Below are positions 13,457 through 24,504 of a stretch of 64,000 bases of DNA, in pieces (within the stretch, counting starts at the first letter, position 1; each line of letters opens with the position of its first letter). Under the pieces are notes generated by a model. That model was not told the origin of the DNA. It searched no databases and worked only from the letters and a program-made list of their open reading frames with translations. The position numbers and the translations under genes are program-made. Origin of the DNA: Pavona decussata. Taxonomy: Eukaryota. Location: assembly GCA_977016875.1 (NCBI GenBank), contig CDRNST010000123.1, forward strand, positions 372,001-436,000, given 5' to 3'.

Positions 13457-14677
13457 AATGCAACTCACTCAGCAAAAGAACGAACTACTGGCTTCCCGAC
13501 CCCCTTCCCCCTCCTTACAATTTACACTTAGGGATATCACCTAAGTTGGACAGCATCTGCTATGCAATACAGCCCGCATGCATTTCATTGTAAGCAAATC
13601 ATCTTGGCCACATAATATAAAAACGCAATGGAAATTCCTTTCAATTCTTGACTCAGTACGTTCACGTGATGAATAGGTCTCATTAATGAGCATTAATTTA
13701 ACCAAATTCGCGCCCACCTTATGACGTACCCCCACCTGGACTTACAGACCAGACCATCCTTGACGGCATGCCCCCTATGAAATAATCCGCCATACTTGGT
13801 GGAGCACTGCCTACGGCAGTGTTCCTACTCGAGTTCCCGAGTATAATTTGTCACCTTTTTCAAAATTCCTGGCTTATTTTTTTTATTGTTAGAAAATGTA
13901 GCTATGACTTCCCAATTCAGACGCCAGCATTCTACATTTATGCATCATTCCAGCTTTTGTGTGATTTCTTAGCTAAACGTAGTTCGTAAAATTGGTTTCA
14001 TGCAAGGTACTCAACGATTCCTCTTTGTGCTTTAAGGTCTACTGTGACATGTCCAATGGTGGCTGGACTTTAATCTCACGCTATTCGAATGCTGACACTG
14101 CAAACTGGATGCAGTACAGCGGCAGCTGGTGGTATGACCGAACAACATCGTACGGTAGCGTTACCAGTCCATCAAACAACTATGACATGATATCACCCGC
14201 ATTCTGGCTCGTCCGAGGCAGTTACATTAAAATAACCCGCAGTGATGACAGCTCTAATACAGCCTTGTTGTACCTAGCGGTTGCACAGGTGGAAGAACTT
14301 TCAGAAGCTTTATTACCGGTTTCGGGAACTTTAGATATGGTAACATCTGGAACAGCGACGCATGCCGTGGATCCTGTTATGCATACTTTGGGGGACGCTA
14401 TTCATCAACAGTGGGTTTCAGCCATGCATCCTGCAGCAGCAATCTTCAAAGCTCTTCTTATCTGTCATTCTGGTGTGACTGGGGTGGCGGTGACGGAGCT
14501 GTGATGATGATTGGTGGTGGAGGTGATTATTGCAACAGGGCGGATCATGGGATTGGTATCACAGAGGCTAATCGGGCTCGGTTCGGATCCGGCAACCTCG
14601 ACTGCGGCGGCGATGATGACTTTGGTGATGACTGTACCTCTCCGACTGGTTATTCTCTCAATCTGTGGATAAAGTAG
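133..14677 (+). CDS. Multi-lectin gene copy A (5' part upstream of window): H-type-lectin-like repeats, follistatin/Kazal, CTLD, 3x EGF, fibrinogen-like domain; frameshift in terminal exon
   Basis: Exons with AG/GT boundaries and consistent phases: 133-240, 570-695, 1466-1562, 2241-2459, 2662-3041, 3342-3509, 3863-3973, 4488-4604, 4977-5067, 5455-5829, 6095-6205, 6934-7044, 7590-7700, 9670-9761, 14037-14677. Each has a colinear homologue in copy B. The frame is open until a shift near 14273. Confidence 0.88.
799..1237. mobile_element. Possible MITE in copy A intron
   Basis: 13-bp inverted ends TTTATGCGCCTTT / AAAGGCGCATAAA; not seen in the copy B intron. Confidence 0.45.
2241..2459 (+). CDS. 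Copy A: follistatin (FOLN + Kazal) exon
   Basis: [56 protein letters not shown]...YHPGDC; 10 Cys; PVCxSNGxTYxNxC motif; phase 1-1. Confidence 0.92.
2662..5067 (+). CDS. Copy A: second H-type-lectin-like triplet (5 exons)
   Basis: Three repeats containing [20 protein letters not shown]...[30 protein letters not shown]...DWIAF and [21 protein letters not shown]...VSYAV. Confidence 0.8.
5455..5829 (+). CDS. Copy A: C-type lectin domain exon
   Basis: [13 protein letters not shown]...WSNASITC...[10 protein letters not shown]...WIGLND...WVDG...WAQNQPND...EDCV...WNDVDC...YTCKK. Confidence 0.95.
6095..7700 (+). CDS. Copy A: three 111-bp EGF-like exons (6095-6205, 6934-7044, 7590-7700)
   Basis: D-D/E-C-x-SNPC-x-NGGTC...F/Y-TC-x-C...G-x2-C; all phase 1-1. 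Confidence 0.93.
8510..8985 (+). mobile_element. Penelope-like element 3' fragment (GIY-YIG C-terminus and terminal repeat)
   Basis: [17 protein letters not shown]...[17 protein letters not shown]; downstream CTGATGA...GAAA motif. Confidence 0.75.
8933..8970 (+). ncRNA. Minimal type I hammerhead ribozyme-like motif
   Basis: ATCC...CTGATGA, stem II CCG/CGG, GAAAGCTT, GGAT; lies in a PLE terminal repeat. Confidence 0.5.
9162..9460. repeat. Palindrome-ended non-autonomous repeat (Crypton-type, tentative)
   Basis: AACAATTATTCC...GTTGGATATGAGATGAT / ATCATCTCATATCCAAC...GGAATAATTGTT hairpin of about 115 bp. Confidence 0.6.
9670..14677 (+). CDS. Copy A: fibrinogen/intelectin-like C-terminal domain (exons 9670-9761, 14037-14677), frameshifted
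   Basis: [18 protein letters not shown]...[15 protein letters not shown] is a fibrinogen-like N-terminal motif. Homology to copy B moves to another frame at TACCTAGCGG (14271-14280). Confidence 0.85.
10923..11305. mobile_element. TTAA-flanked MITE (Kolobok-like)
   Basis: TTAA|AGGGACAGTATCA...TGATACTGCCCCT|TTAA. Confidence 0.75.
11990..12380. repeat. Head-to-head pair of tRNA-related repeats (foldback)
   Basis: Arms 11995-12128 and 12250-12375 are diverged inverted copies; tRNA-like GTAGAGCA...GGTCGTGGGTTCG at about 12195-12255. Confidence 0.6.
13380..13456. repeat. (TTAC)n microsatellite, tail of a LINE-like 3' end
   Basis: About 19 perfect units directly after AATAAAATTG. Confidence 0.95.
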
Positions 14678-15141
14678 CTGCTATGTATACCAATTGAACA
14701 TTCTATCAGGTGTAATTAGGGTGAATACCATGTTGAATACCTCATTGCTTGTGCTTTTTTGTGCGTTCTCTGGTTTTTGGGACCTTTGCTATTGTTTTTA
14801 AAGATGGAAAGAACAACCCCCACAAAGGGCTCCTGCAAGTATTTCGGAAAATAGTTATTTCAGTTTTCTTAATTTTACAGTTGTACAACCTATGAATTAT
14901 TCATTATCTGCCATCCGAAGAAATATTTTTGTAATCGGTTCTGGTAGTTTTCGAACTTAGTCATCGCAAGGTACAAAAATATCGACAAATCACAAAATTG
15001 AGTCAATCATCCGCCAAACTTTTGGGCCATACGGTATGCTAACATATATGCAATTCTTCTAATAGCTATTTTCCAGACTATAATTAAACTAGATGAGTTA
15101 CCCAAATTTAATTTAGATGATAAATGAGAGCTAACCTCCTC

Positions 15142-15156
15142 AATAAAAGAAATAAA
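15142..15156 (+). terminator. Candidate polyadenylation signals for copy A
   Basis: Two AATAAA hexamers about 465 bp after the stop codon. Confidence 0.35.
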
Positions 15157-15440
15157 CAAATTTGCAGTCGAATTTGTTAAGCATTGATTTTAGTAGTTAG
15201 GGCTACTGAAGCACTGGTCTTAAAAGTAAGAACCAGTCTTTCATCTTAGCCAAACGTTTTCAACAACTCAATTGACGCTGATAAACTTGCACTTGACAGA
15301 GAACGCTTGAGCACATGAGAAATAAATTTTCATTGTAGAACTGATAATTTATTTTAATATATTTTTTTTTTGCATCTAGTAGGGCCAAAAAACAGATGCT
15401 AGTAAGCAATAAAATCTTTATTAGTGAATTTATGATAACA

Positions 15441-17572
15441 TGATGAGCTTAGGTGAAGAAAAAAATGTATGCTAATGAGCTTACGGTGAGTTGAAATCAC
15501 CAATGGCTTATCATTAACTGCAACAAGAGAAACCGTTTTGCACCTTTGCGTGTTATAATTCATGGTCGGAATGGTCTTTTTTCACACGTGCGGAGTTCCG
15601 ACAGTCACGCAGAGAGAAACAGAATCCCAGACATCGTGGTTTGTGCAGATCAAACGCGCGAGGAATGCTTTCGTTTTATCCACGCGAACGGTAACCAGTA
15701 ACGAAGGTTCTTACGCTTTTTGTAAGACATGGTTCCTTTGCTCGAATAGTAACTCCAGGGCACAGACTTAATATAATATGAATCACTCAAAATAGGCAAC
15801 TGGGCAATTTAGCATTTTAAAAGAACATCGAATCAAAGAACAAACGCAAACAATTGCTGCCAAAAGCAGTAGAATCGCGGCACAGAGTTTGGGACATTTA
15901 TTTACTGTACAAAATGTAACAATATTTATTGTAGCACAAGCCGCGCCAGACACTGTGTTTTTGTGAACGTTGTAACCACATTAAACAAAATTCGGAGTAT
16001 TTTTTCCACAAAAAAAAAAGAAAGAAAGAAAAGTGATACAATTGTACATTGATGATACAAAGCAAGTGATCGTCTCCGCGCGTTGCATTCGGTCGTCCCT
16101 AAAATGGAAGAAAAAAGGAATAGTTTATAAACTGGAGTGCGAGGTTGGTATTCCTCTCATTTAGAGTTATAAAGAATTGGGACTACAAAGCAGTGTTATT
16201 GTATACTACATTTGTACTCGACAGAGCAGCTATGCGCAACGCAGAAGCAAAATATTACAAAGCAGAATATTACAGTAAGCTAGATTAATTAATATCCTGC
16301 CCGACAGATAACAACAGCTCACTGAAAAGAAAGCTGACTACCCAAGTAGAGCAGAATTGGTTATTGCGATATTTATTAGTGGAAGCAGAGAATTCTGCTC
16401 GATAAGCTAAAGCAGAACCTAAGTTAGTGTTCATAGCGCGAGGTTAGCCGGTTAATGTTCTGCTCGACAGATAACAACAGCTTAATAAAGAACTGACTAC
16501 CCAAGTAAAGCAGTTTGCTCGACAGATAACAACAGTTCTGGGAAGAACTGACTACCCAAGTAAAGCAGTCTGCTCGACAGATAACAACAGTTCAATAAAA
16601 ACTGACTACCCAAGTAAATCAGAACAGGATTAATATCGCGCGGTGATGGTTGAATTAATGTGGCGCGCGGTAGATAAAAACAGTGCAGTAAATAAATGGC
16701 TAAGAGCCAAGCTATGCAATACAATAAGTTCAAAAAACCGAATCTTAAAATTGATATAGCCTATTTACAAACTTCACTACTCACCAATGCCTTGCCTTGC
16801 TAGCGCTTTTATATGACCGTGAATCCATGTCGAATACGCGCGAGTTTCCCAACCTCGATCAGTTTCCCGCCATAATAACAAAGATTCAACAAGACTTCGA
16901 CTCTCGGCAATGGTCTGAAGAGGTACGTCCTTCCAAAATATCGTTCTAATTCCTAAACGTATACGTTGCTTTTCGACATTTCAATCCTATGATACTTGCG
17001 TTAAATGCTGAGAGGAAATTTGTTAGCCAAATTCAAAGACAGACAAAGCTGTGTCAATTCACACTAATACAACTCAATTTCAGAAGTACATTATTTTCTC
17101 GAAGCTGGCGTCGATTTATCTGAGCATCGCATTCCCAGGTGAAGAAAATAAAAACGAATGACCCAAGAACTATTTTCCTCGGCTTGATGGTAGATAAAAC
17201 TTACCAAGTCGAATATGCATGTGTAAAGGTCAATCCCCGAGCAGAGGAAGTGGTCTGCTGTTATTCAATAAATTAAATTGCTGCCCGCCGCAATTACTCT
17301 CCGATAAATACAAAAAATTCCATTCCTTTGTGACAGTCTGGGATGGGAAATGTTATGAAAACGAAGGCAAACCAATGGCAAAATCGGCAGTTGACCGTGG
17401 AAAATCATACAATACCACTCCGAAAAACACTGCGCGTCGCAAGGCACGAGTTTGTCTCGAAAGCGCAAGATAAAACTGCGTGACTATAATACACTGTGGC
17501 TGTTTCATGTTACATTTCCAGGCATACGATGACACCTCGCGTACAATATTAAGAGAACCCCTGGGTGGAATT
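15441..17572 (+). mobile_element. About 2.1-kb non-coding interspersed element, copy 1
   Basis: Highly similar inverted copy at about 43566-45648; internal tandem array of about 52 bp; GAGC...GCTC-like ends. Confidence 0.8.
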
Positions 17573-18049
17573 TTTTTCCTGCTCAAAGCTGCTCATGAAA
17601 GAGAAAAAAATATTGATATTCTACAAAATAGATAAAGCCAAATCGAAAGACAAAACATATCGTGTGTAGATTAGAAATTGTGACGATGTCCTGTAGGTAG
17701 GAAGTGTCGTACATTATTTAGCACAAAATAAACATAAACTTAACTTGTAAAAAAGAAATAACATTAAAATCAAAGTCAACTTGCCAAATGTCCTTTTTTT
17801 AAGCACAATGTTTCTCACAGAGACAGATTAACTGTGACGGGGTAGCTGTGGGAAAGGAATGTTAACCCTCGAAACAACTGGAGGCGAAGAGACTGAGCGG
17901 TGATCAACCGATTTAGCTTTGTTCAGACCGAAAAGTTAAACAACGTTTTGTATACATTAAGCACTATTTTTGTCCGTCAAAGTTTTGGTTTTACTCTTTT
18001 TACAAAGTTGAAGGAAAGCGAAGAGGAGTGATTCATCTAGTCAGTCCTG

Positions 18050-19880
18050 GCGTGCGTTTCTCAAAACTCCCGAGAACTTTTCGGGCCCGAAAAGCTCCCC
18101 GTAAAGCTCCTGAAAACGCTTTCTGGTGTTTCTCAAAGCGCACCTGAAATTTTCGGGCCCAAGAAAAGTCACGTAATTTTCCCCGATAATTTTTGGGTGC
18201 TAGAAAGCTCTCGAAATGCGTTTTCGGGAATGCTTTTTCCAGTTAAATGGTTGTATTGCGTTACTATTATCAAGGAAAAAGTTATCCAAAACGAGAGTTT
18301 GAGTTAATTGACAGATACTGGGCTAGACTTAAACTAAAAATGTTTAAAAACAAAGAGAAAATTTCTGAAAATCTCACAGGCTTACATGCGTTAGTGCGCG
18401 CAAGAACTTCGTATAGATGAACTTAAAGATTTTGTTGATTCCAGTAAATTTACGAAGGTAACTCTTACAAATCAGGTATTTTCAGTTGAACTTTCAAAGA
18501 ATGACGACCGAAAAGGCAAAAAAAGTGAAATTTGTACTTAAAAAAACTTGATTTTTGAGAGATTATGGACCAAATAAAGACAGTATGATAGTTTCCTCAG
18601 CGGTTCGCATATTGCCGAGTTTGATAGTGTGGTTAAAGTTTATATTTTAAGTGTATAACGGACAATTAATTGTCTCTTTTAACGTAAATCGGTTGAGAAG
18701 AAGCTCAACTTCAAAACCTACAAATGTAGTCAAATGTTTTCAAACTGAAATTGGCCTATTTACTCGCCGAGATTGCGAAAACTGTAACTGATTCATGGCG
18801 CTCGATTTCGTGCTTTAAGAATTATTAAAGCTCAACTTAAGCTTATTTTATTGTAAAATAGAAAGCTTTCACTTAGGATATAAGTCTTCATGCAGTGGAC
18901 AACGTTGGCCTAAGTTTTGTGTTGACTTAGAACAATTTGATCGCTTTAATCACGAACCGCAACCGAAGGCCTCATTCAAACAGTTATTACCACTCCCCGT
19001 TTGTGCATGCATCCATGGTGCATGGTAAGTAAGCGCTAGCTCAAAAGACACAGGCTACTGAAATTCATCCTCAGTGACTTATATCTAGACTTAGGTATCT
19101 CTTAATTTATCATTTCATCCTCAGGTAATGTAGAAAAAGTATTCGCCAAACAGGTTGTACAGCAACTTCGTAAAAGAAAATCAAAAACAACAACTAAAAA
19201 AACATGAAAGATACCCACCTTGTCTGATTCTGGAAAACTTTCATCGGACAACGCTAAGCTGCAAATGTGATAAGCCATTTTCTTGCGGTACAACTTATTT
19301 CTTATATAATTATCAGCCTCCACCTCGAAATTTTGAGTTCATGGTAATGCAGTGTCCGAGGACGCTAAAACTTGCTCAAAACCAAAACATCCCTTGACTT
19401 GTTTTTATTTTTGGGGGATTTGCGAGCAACGTTTTCAGTTCATTCAAACGAGTAGCCAATAGTATCATGGAAACTTTGACAAGTCTTGACGGTTTGACAG
19501 ATATATGGAAACAGTGACGAACTGCAACAACGGTGAATTTGAAAGGTCAAGATTAAAATAGAAACCAAGCAGTCTTCACGTTGTGAACCAGTTAGCTCAA
19601 TAGTGTCTGCGCTGAAATCTGTAAATCACGTAAATTTATTTTACAAATACAGTTACAGTTTTCCACTGGAAAAAATTAAAATTGTACTATAAAAAAACCG
19701 TGTTCTAAAATAATCTTTTCAGCCTTAACACGAAAAGATTCCCGAAAATATCGGGAGACAATTCGGGGCACTTTCGGGTGCTCTGAGAAACACTTCTCGG
19801 GACCCGAGAAAAACACCAAAAAAGCGCCCCGAAATGTTTTCGGGCCCGAAAAGTTCTCGGGAGTTTTGAGAAACGCACGC
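18050..19880. mobile_element. Non-autonomous PIF/Harbinger-like element
   Basis: About 43-bp perfect TIR GCGTGCGTTTCTCAAAACTCCCGAGAACTTTTCGGGCCCGAAA with extended subterminal inverted similarity; 3-bp TSD CTG. Confidence 0.8.
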
Positions 19881-19994
19881 CTGGTCAAGTAATCGAGCAA
19901 CTGTTCCTCGGCTTGTCCTATTGTTGTCAAGTCAGTCCTAATTTTAATGAACTACTGCAAACGGTGGAGTTTTTTCTCGCACAAGAAAAATAAC

Positions 19995-22408
19995 TGTAGT
20001 ATGTTGTCGAAGACTTTATTTCATCCGACTCCTGCACACAGGCCACGTGTGCTTTCTGCATTTACATAAAACGTGTTAGCCTACTTAAATATGCGTATAC
20101 AAAATATAACATATAATAGTTGCTAATTAGCACATGCATGCTGATATGTTACATCCCCTTCTTTTAAAAAGCTATGTTAATTGAAACGAAAACAAACAAA
20201 ACAAAAACATTCATTCGAAAAGGGTTCACTGTCTAGAGATCATACATCATACTAATAATATCTACTAAAACAAGAGTCAGAGGTTAAGTCTTTCTGGTGC
20301 CTGGACTTCACGTCCCGAGCGAGATTTTTCTTGGACCCCCCTCGGTTTCCGCTAAGGTGGAACATTGTGGATTGGCGCTTGAGGGTCGTGCATTGCTTCT
20401 TCTCTCGTGGATTGGCGCCTGAAGATTGCGTAGCCATACTTCCTTGGGGAATGTAGTTAGACAAGTTGTTTGCCAGATTGTTGGAAGCATTGTTTGGTCT
20501 AAGATGGATCCTATTTCTTCGTAGTTGGGCACCAGCTCTAGTTTGTACAATATATGAGCGGGGTGTGTTTCCTTGATCTATGACTCTAGCACGGCTCCAC
20601 GTTTTTCTCACTGGATCTTGTGCAAAGATGGCATGGTCCATGTGTATTTTAGGGAGATCCCTGGTATGCCTGTTGTAGTAGTAGCTCTGATTGTCTTGTC
20701 TCGCTTTGTGCCAATCTCTAACTTCTTCTTGGTTCTTTGATGGTCCAACAGTACCATTGAAGCATTCTGGGTACATCTCCATCAGTTCTTGCTTATTTCT
20801 GATTGGTGGCCGCTCTTTGAGTGGTACTTGACTTTCGATGTAATTCGGGCGTTTCTTTCGAGTACCTGAGCTTTGAGCTGGGGTCACGAAGCTGTTTGTC
20901 GGAGCAGCCTGGTCTAGTTGATTTGTCTTGAGTGAACAGTGTAATGAGATTAGTTTCAGTGCCGTGCATGCCTTTAGACCGAGAATAGCTGGCCCTGGAG
21001 TATCTGTGACGTAAAAAATGCAGTTTATCTTCTTCTCTTTGTACTTGCAAGGGATGTTTATAGTGCCAAGCTGCTTGACTATAGACCCCCCGTATGCTGA
21101 AAGGACGGCTTTGTTCTTTTCCAGTGCTTCTGGTTTGGGATTTCCTTCGTCGTCAAACTTCTCTGGGGCGATTATGCGCAGTAGCCTTACGGGTAAAACA
21201 TTGCTCTGTGCGCCCGTATCTACTTTACATTGAAGATTAATTTTCCGCTTCTTTTCTGGCTGAGTTATCTCAAGTGTTGCAAAGGCTTCGTCGCGTGTGT
21301 CGTGTATCGAGTGTTGCGTGTCTTCTATGGCGTTAACCTCGATGCTACGGATTGTCAGAATTTCATCGTCGTCGTCGTCGTCGTCTTTATCCTCAATCGC
21401 GTGAATAACTTTTTTGAAGACCGACTTCGTTCCTTGGTTAAGTTGTTTCCGTTTGCCGGATCGGCAAACAGATTGCCAATGATTAGCTTTGCCACATTTT
21501 CGACATGATGTGCCGTAGGCTGGACATTTGTTCCTCGGGTGTTGTTTTCCACAGTTGTTACAGAACTCCCTTTCTTGTTCCCTACGAATGGCATTAATAC
21601 TCCTGTCCTCTTGGAAGTTTCTGCTACTTCCTGCTAGTGTCTTCATGTGTTTACTTGTTGCCTCGTGGCTCCTTGCAATCTCAATAGCGGCCGCAAGGGT
21701 TAGTGATTTGTCTCGACTTATGAGAGCCTTTTGAACATCAGGATTTCTCGATCCCCAAATAAGCTGATCTAGGACTCTGTCTTCAATTTCGGCGTTGTCG
21801 CGAAATTGGCACTTTGCTGCTAGATTTTTTAATCTTGAAATAAAATCATCCACTGGCTCGCCTTGCTCTTGTCGTATTCCTTGAAGCGTGTATCTATGAA
21901 TTCGATGACTTTTTTTTTGGCTCCAATTGATTTTCGAACCGTTCGAAAATAACGTCCGGCTTTTTCCTGTCTTCCTCCTTTGCGAATGCCCAGCTGTTGT
22001 ATATATCCAAGCCTTTTTCTCCTGAACAGAGTAGGATGTAGCTCACTTTTTCTTCGTCGTCGGTGCCTTTGAGAACGCTTGAAAACATAAGCTGGCATTT
22101 TTGTTTGAATCTTGCGAATGCAGTTATTGGGTCAGGGGCGTCCCAGTCCATCTGCGGCGATGCGAAAGGCGTTGCTGCTGTCATCATTCGCTTGTATTGA
22201 CCTCTCTCTACTTAACTTTAAGGATTATTCTTGTAAAACGCTGCCACCATGTAGTATGTTGTCGAAGACTTTATTTCATCCGACTCCTGCACACAGGCCG
22301 CGTGTGCTTTCTGCATTTACATAAAACGTGTTAGCCTACTTAAATATGCGTATACAAAATATAACATATAATAGGTGCTAATTAGCACATGCATGCTGAT
22401 ATGTTACA
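19995..22408 (-). mobile_element. Ty3/Gypsy (Mag-like) LTR retrotransposon, internally deleted (no RT/RNase H/integrase core)
   Basis: 159-bp TG...CA LTRs (19995-20153, 22250-22408; 2 mismatches); 5-bp TSD ATAAC; PBS TGGTGGCAGCG (tRNA-Leu-like); PPT AAAAGAAGGGGA; gag and protease on the minus strand. Confidence 0.95.
20252..22187 (-). CDS. gag-pro: Gag-protease fused in frame to integrase C-terminal tail; +1 frameshift in an A9 run near 21910
   Basis: Tandem zinc knuckles CNNCGKQH..C and CRKCGKANHWQSVC; protease VDTGAQSN; then YYNRHTRDLP...PRSYIV...RRNRIHL (integrase C-terminus). Confidence 0.88.
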
Positions 22409-24504
22409 ATAACTAACCTGACATTTGATGCAGCAACTCAGTCAGCACAATAGGAAGCTTAGGCAGCTTTTTAAAATTATTTCGCTGAGAGAAAAATCTT
22501 GTGTCTTTAGCGAATTTGTGAGAAGTAATGTGTTTGCGCGTGGTAGGAATTTTTTTTATTCAAATAACTAGGGCTTTTTGAGCCTTGAAGTAAATTCTTC
22601 TGAGCTTCACACAACCACAGCTGGCTTTCTTTAAAGCCCTTAGTAAAAGGTTAGTAAAATTGTGATAATGTTCGCACCAGCGCCGTTATTTCTTCCGCTC
22701 CTGGGGCTGAAGAATAGTACGTACATGCCGATTTACTAATTCAATTCAGTTTTTATATGTCATATATAGCAAGTATAACAGGCATGGTTGACGTAAACGT
22801 TTTGCGAGCAGTATTATTTGTTTGGTATTAAACAGGGACACCCAAGCGGGGAAATGGCCTGTTCTGAAGACATACGCCCGGTGGACTTCTCTTTACGGGG
22901 AAATGATTTTGGCGGCTATTTTAACAAAAACAAATCAGTAAACAACTACAGCAGCACATGCTTGTCTTTTTATTTAGTACCTTTAATTTTCACCAAAATC
23001 AAATGGCGAAAAATCTCGACGGATTTTATTCGTCAGCTGGTTTAAATTTCCGTTTGTAGGAAGGTGAATTTCTCATTGAAAGTTCTGTCAACCTTCCGTT
23101 ATAGCAGATTTCCGAGTCAAAATTAAACAGAGCAAGTTTCTGAAAAAAAGAAAGACTATTAAAAAAAATAAGATTACTTTGCAGAATACCAGACAAAGTT
23201 TAACAGTTTATAATGTTTAGTAATGCTCAACTTCAAATATCTCAGAGCTGAAAAGTCAAGGAAACATGGATAATTGGCTGCCTGAGAATTCTTACGTCTT
23301 TTGTTAACTTTAAAAGATTCAGTTTTGAGGTTTTGAGATGCACCTGTTTATGGCATGATTTTATGATCTGCTTTCGCCTTCTAATATAAGCCCCAAGTGC
23401 TTTCCAGTTGCGTTAACACCATCCCCCTTTTTATCCATTTATCGTTGTCCGACCGACCCAAATTTTGACAATTTTCAATTTGCAAAAAGAGAGAAAAAAA
23501 AATCAGTGATAGTACACTAATATTACAATTTCACGGCAGCTAACAGCTAAAAGTTACACAGATCAGGCAAAGGGGCCAGCCAACTTAGTTTCAGCGTAGA
23601 ATTTAAAAGAGAGAACCTTTTTTACCATAAAAAACCCCGTAATTATCGGCCATCGCTACTTTCCGATTTAGTGGCCTCTTACTATAGCGTTAATTTTGGA
23701 TTGCTGCCTTGAGCTAACGTACTTGCGTCCATCTGCCTTTTAAAATCATGACAAATGTTTAAACGTTCACACTCATATATATTTTTTGACCGAACAGGTA
23801 TTCGTAATTTTTATGCTAAGTAAAAGTATTAAGGTTTTTGAGCGAAGGAGTTTCTTTACAGAATACAATACTCTATCCAGGACTATTTTGGCTGAGAGTA
23901 CTAGTCCGCTACGTTAAGTTTTTCAACTGTGATATCGTTACGTTCGGGGAGTCGCTTCGCGAAAGGTTAGCAAGAATGTGCGTTAGCTTCTTAACGAAGA
24001 GACCAACTGTGACTGTGATTTATATGAGCTTGAATTGATCGTCATCATGATTCCCAACACTTTCCAGCATTTCTAGTTGAGGGTTTATGACCAGTCTCGA
24101 CTCAAATTAGGGAATCTGAACAAAAACAATCAGTCACAAAAGGTTGCTTTCATTTTTGGACTTTCTCCCCTCAATGCTCTTGGGGATTAACACTAGCTTA
24201 TAGACGCATACTAAGCGATTTTTTTTTTCTTGTTTCTCCCTCAAGGAATTGGATACAATGCGTAACGTCACGAAACTACCAACCGTGTAAAAGTAAAGCA
24301 TATGACGTAGGTTTAACCCTAGTGATATCAGTCAGTAGCTTTTGTAAGTTAAGTTTTAAGTATAAACTAAGCTATCCTTCAACTCGATGCCCATGACTGA
24401 TTTGATCAAACTCGCAATGCCGGTTTTCAACACCAATAGAATTACCTACCTTAACGGCTACAGGATTCTTTCGGAAAATTCTTAACGTCTTGGAACATTT
24501 AGCC

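Noticed and set aside
16297-16620. CRISPR-like regularly spaced repeats (also 44500-44800)
   Set aside because: Eukaryotic context, no cas genes, and the intervening sequence is itself repeated; it is a minisatellite inside a dispersed element.
21905-21920. Programmed frameshift in gag
   Set aside because: It is one extra base in a homopolymer within the capsid region, not at the gag-pol junction; slippage or a sequencing error is simpler.
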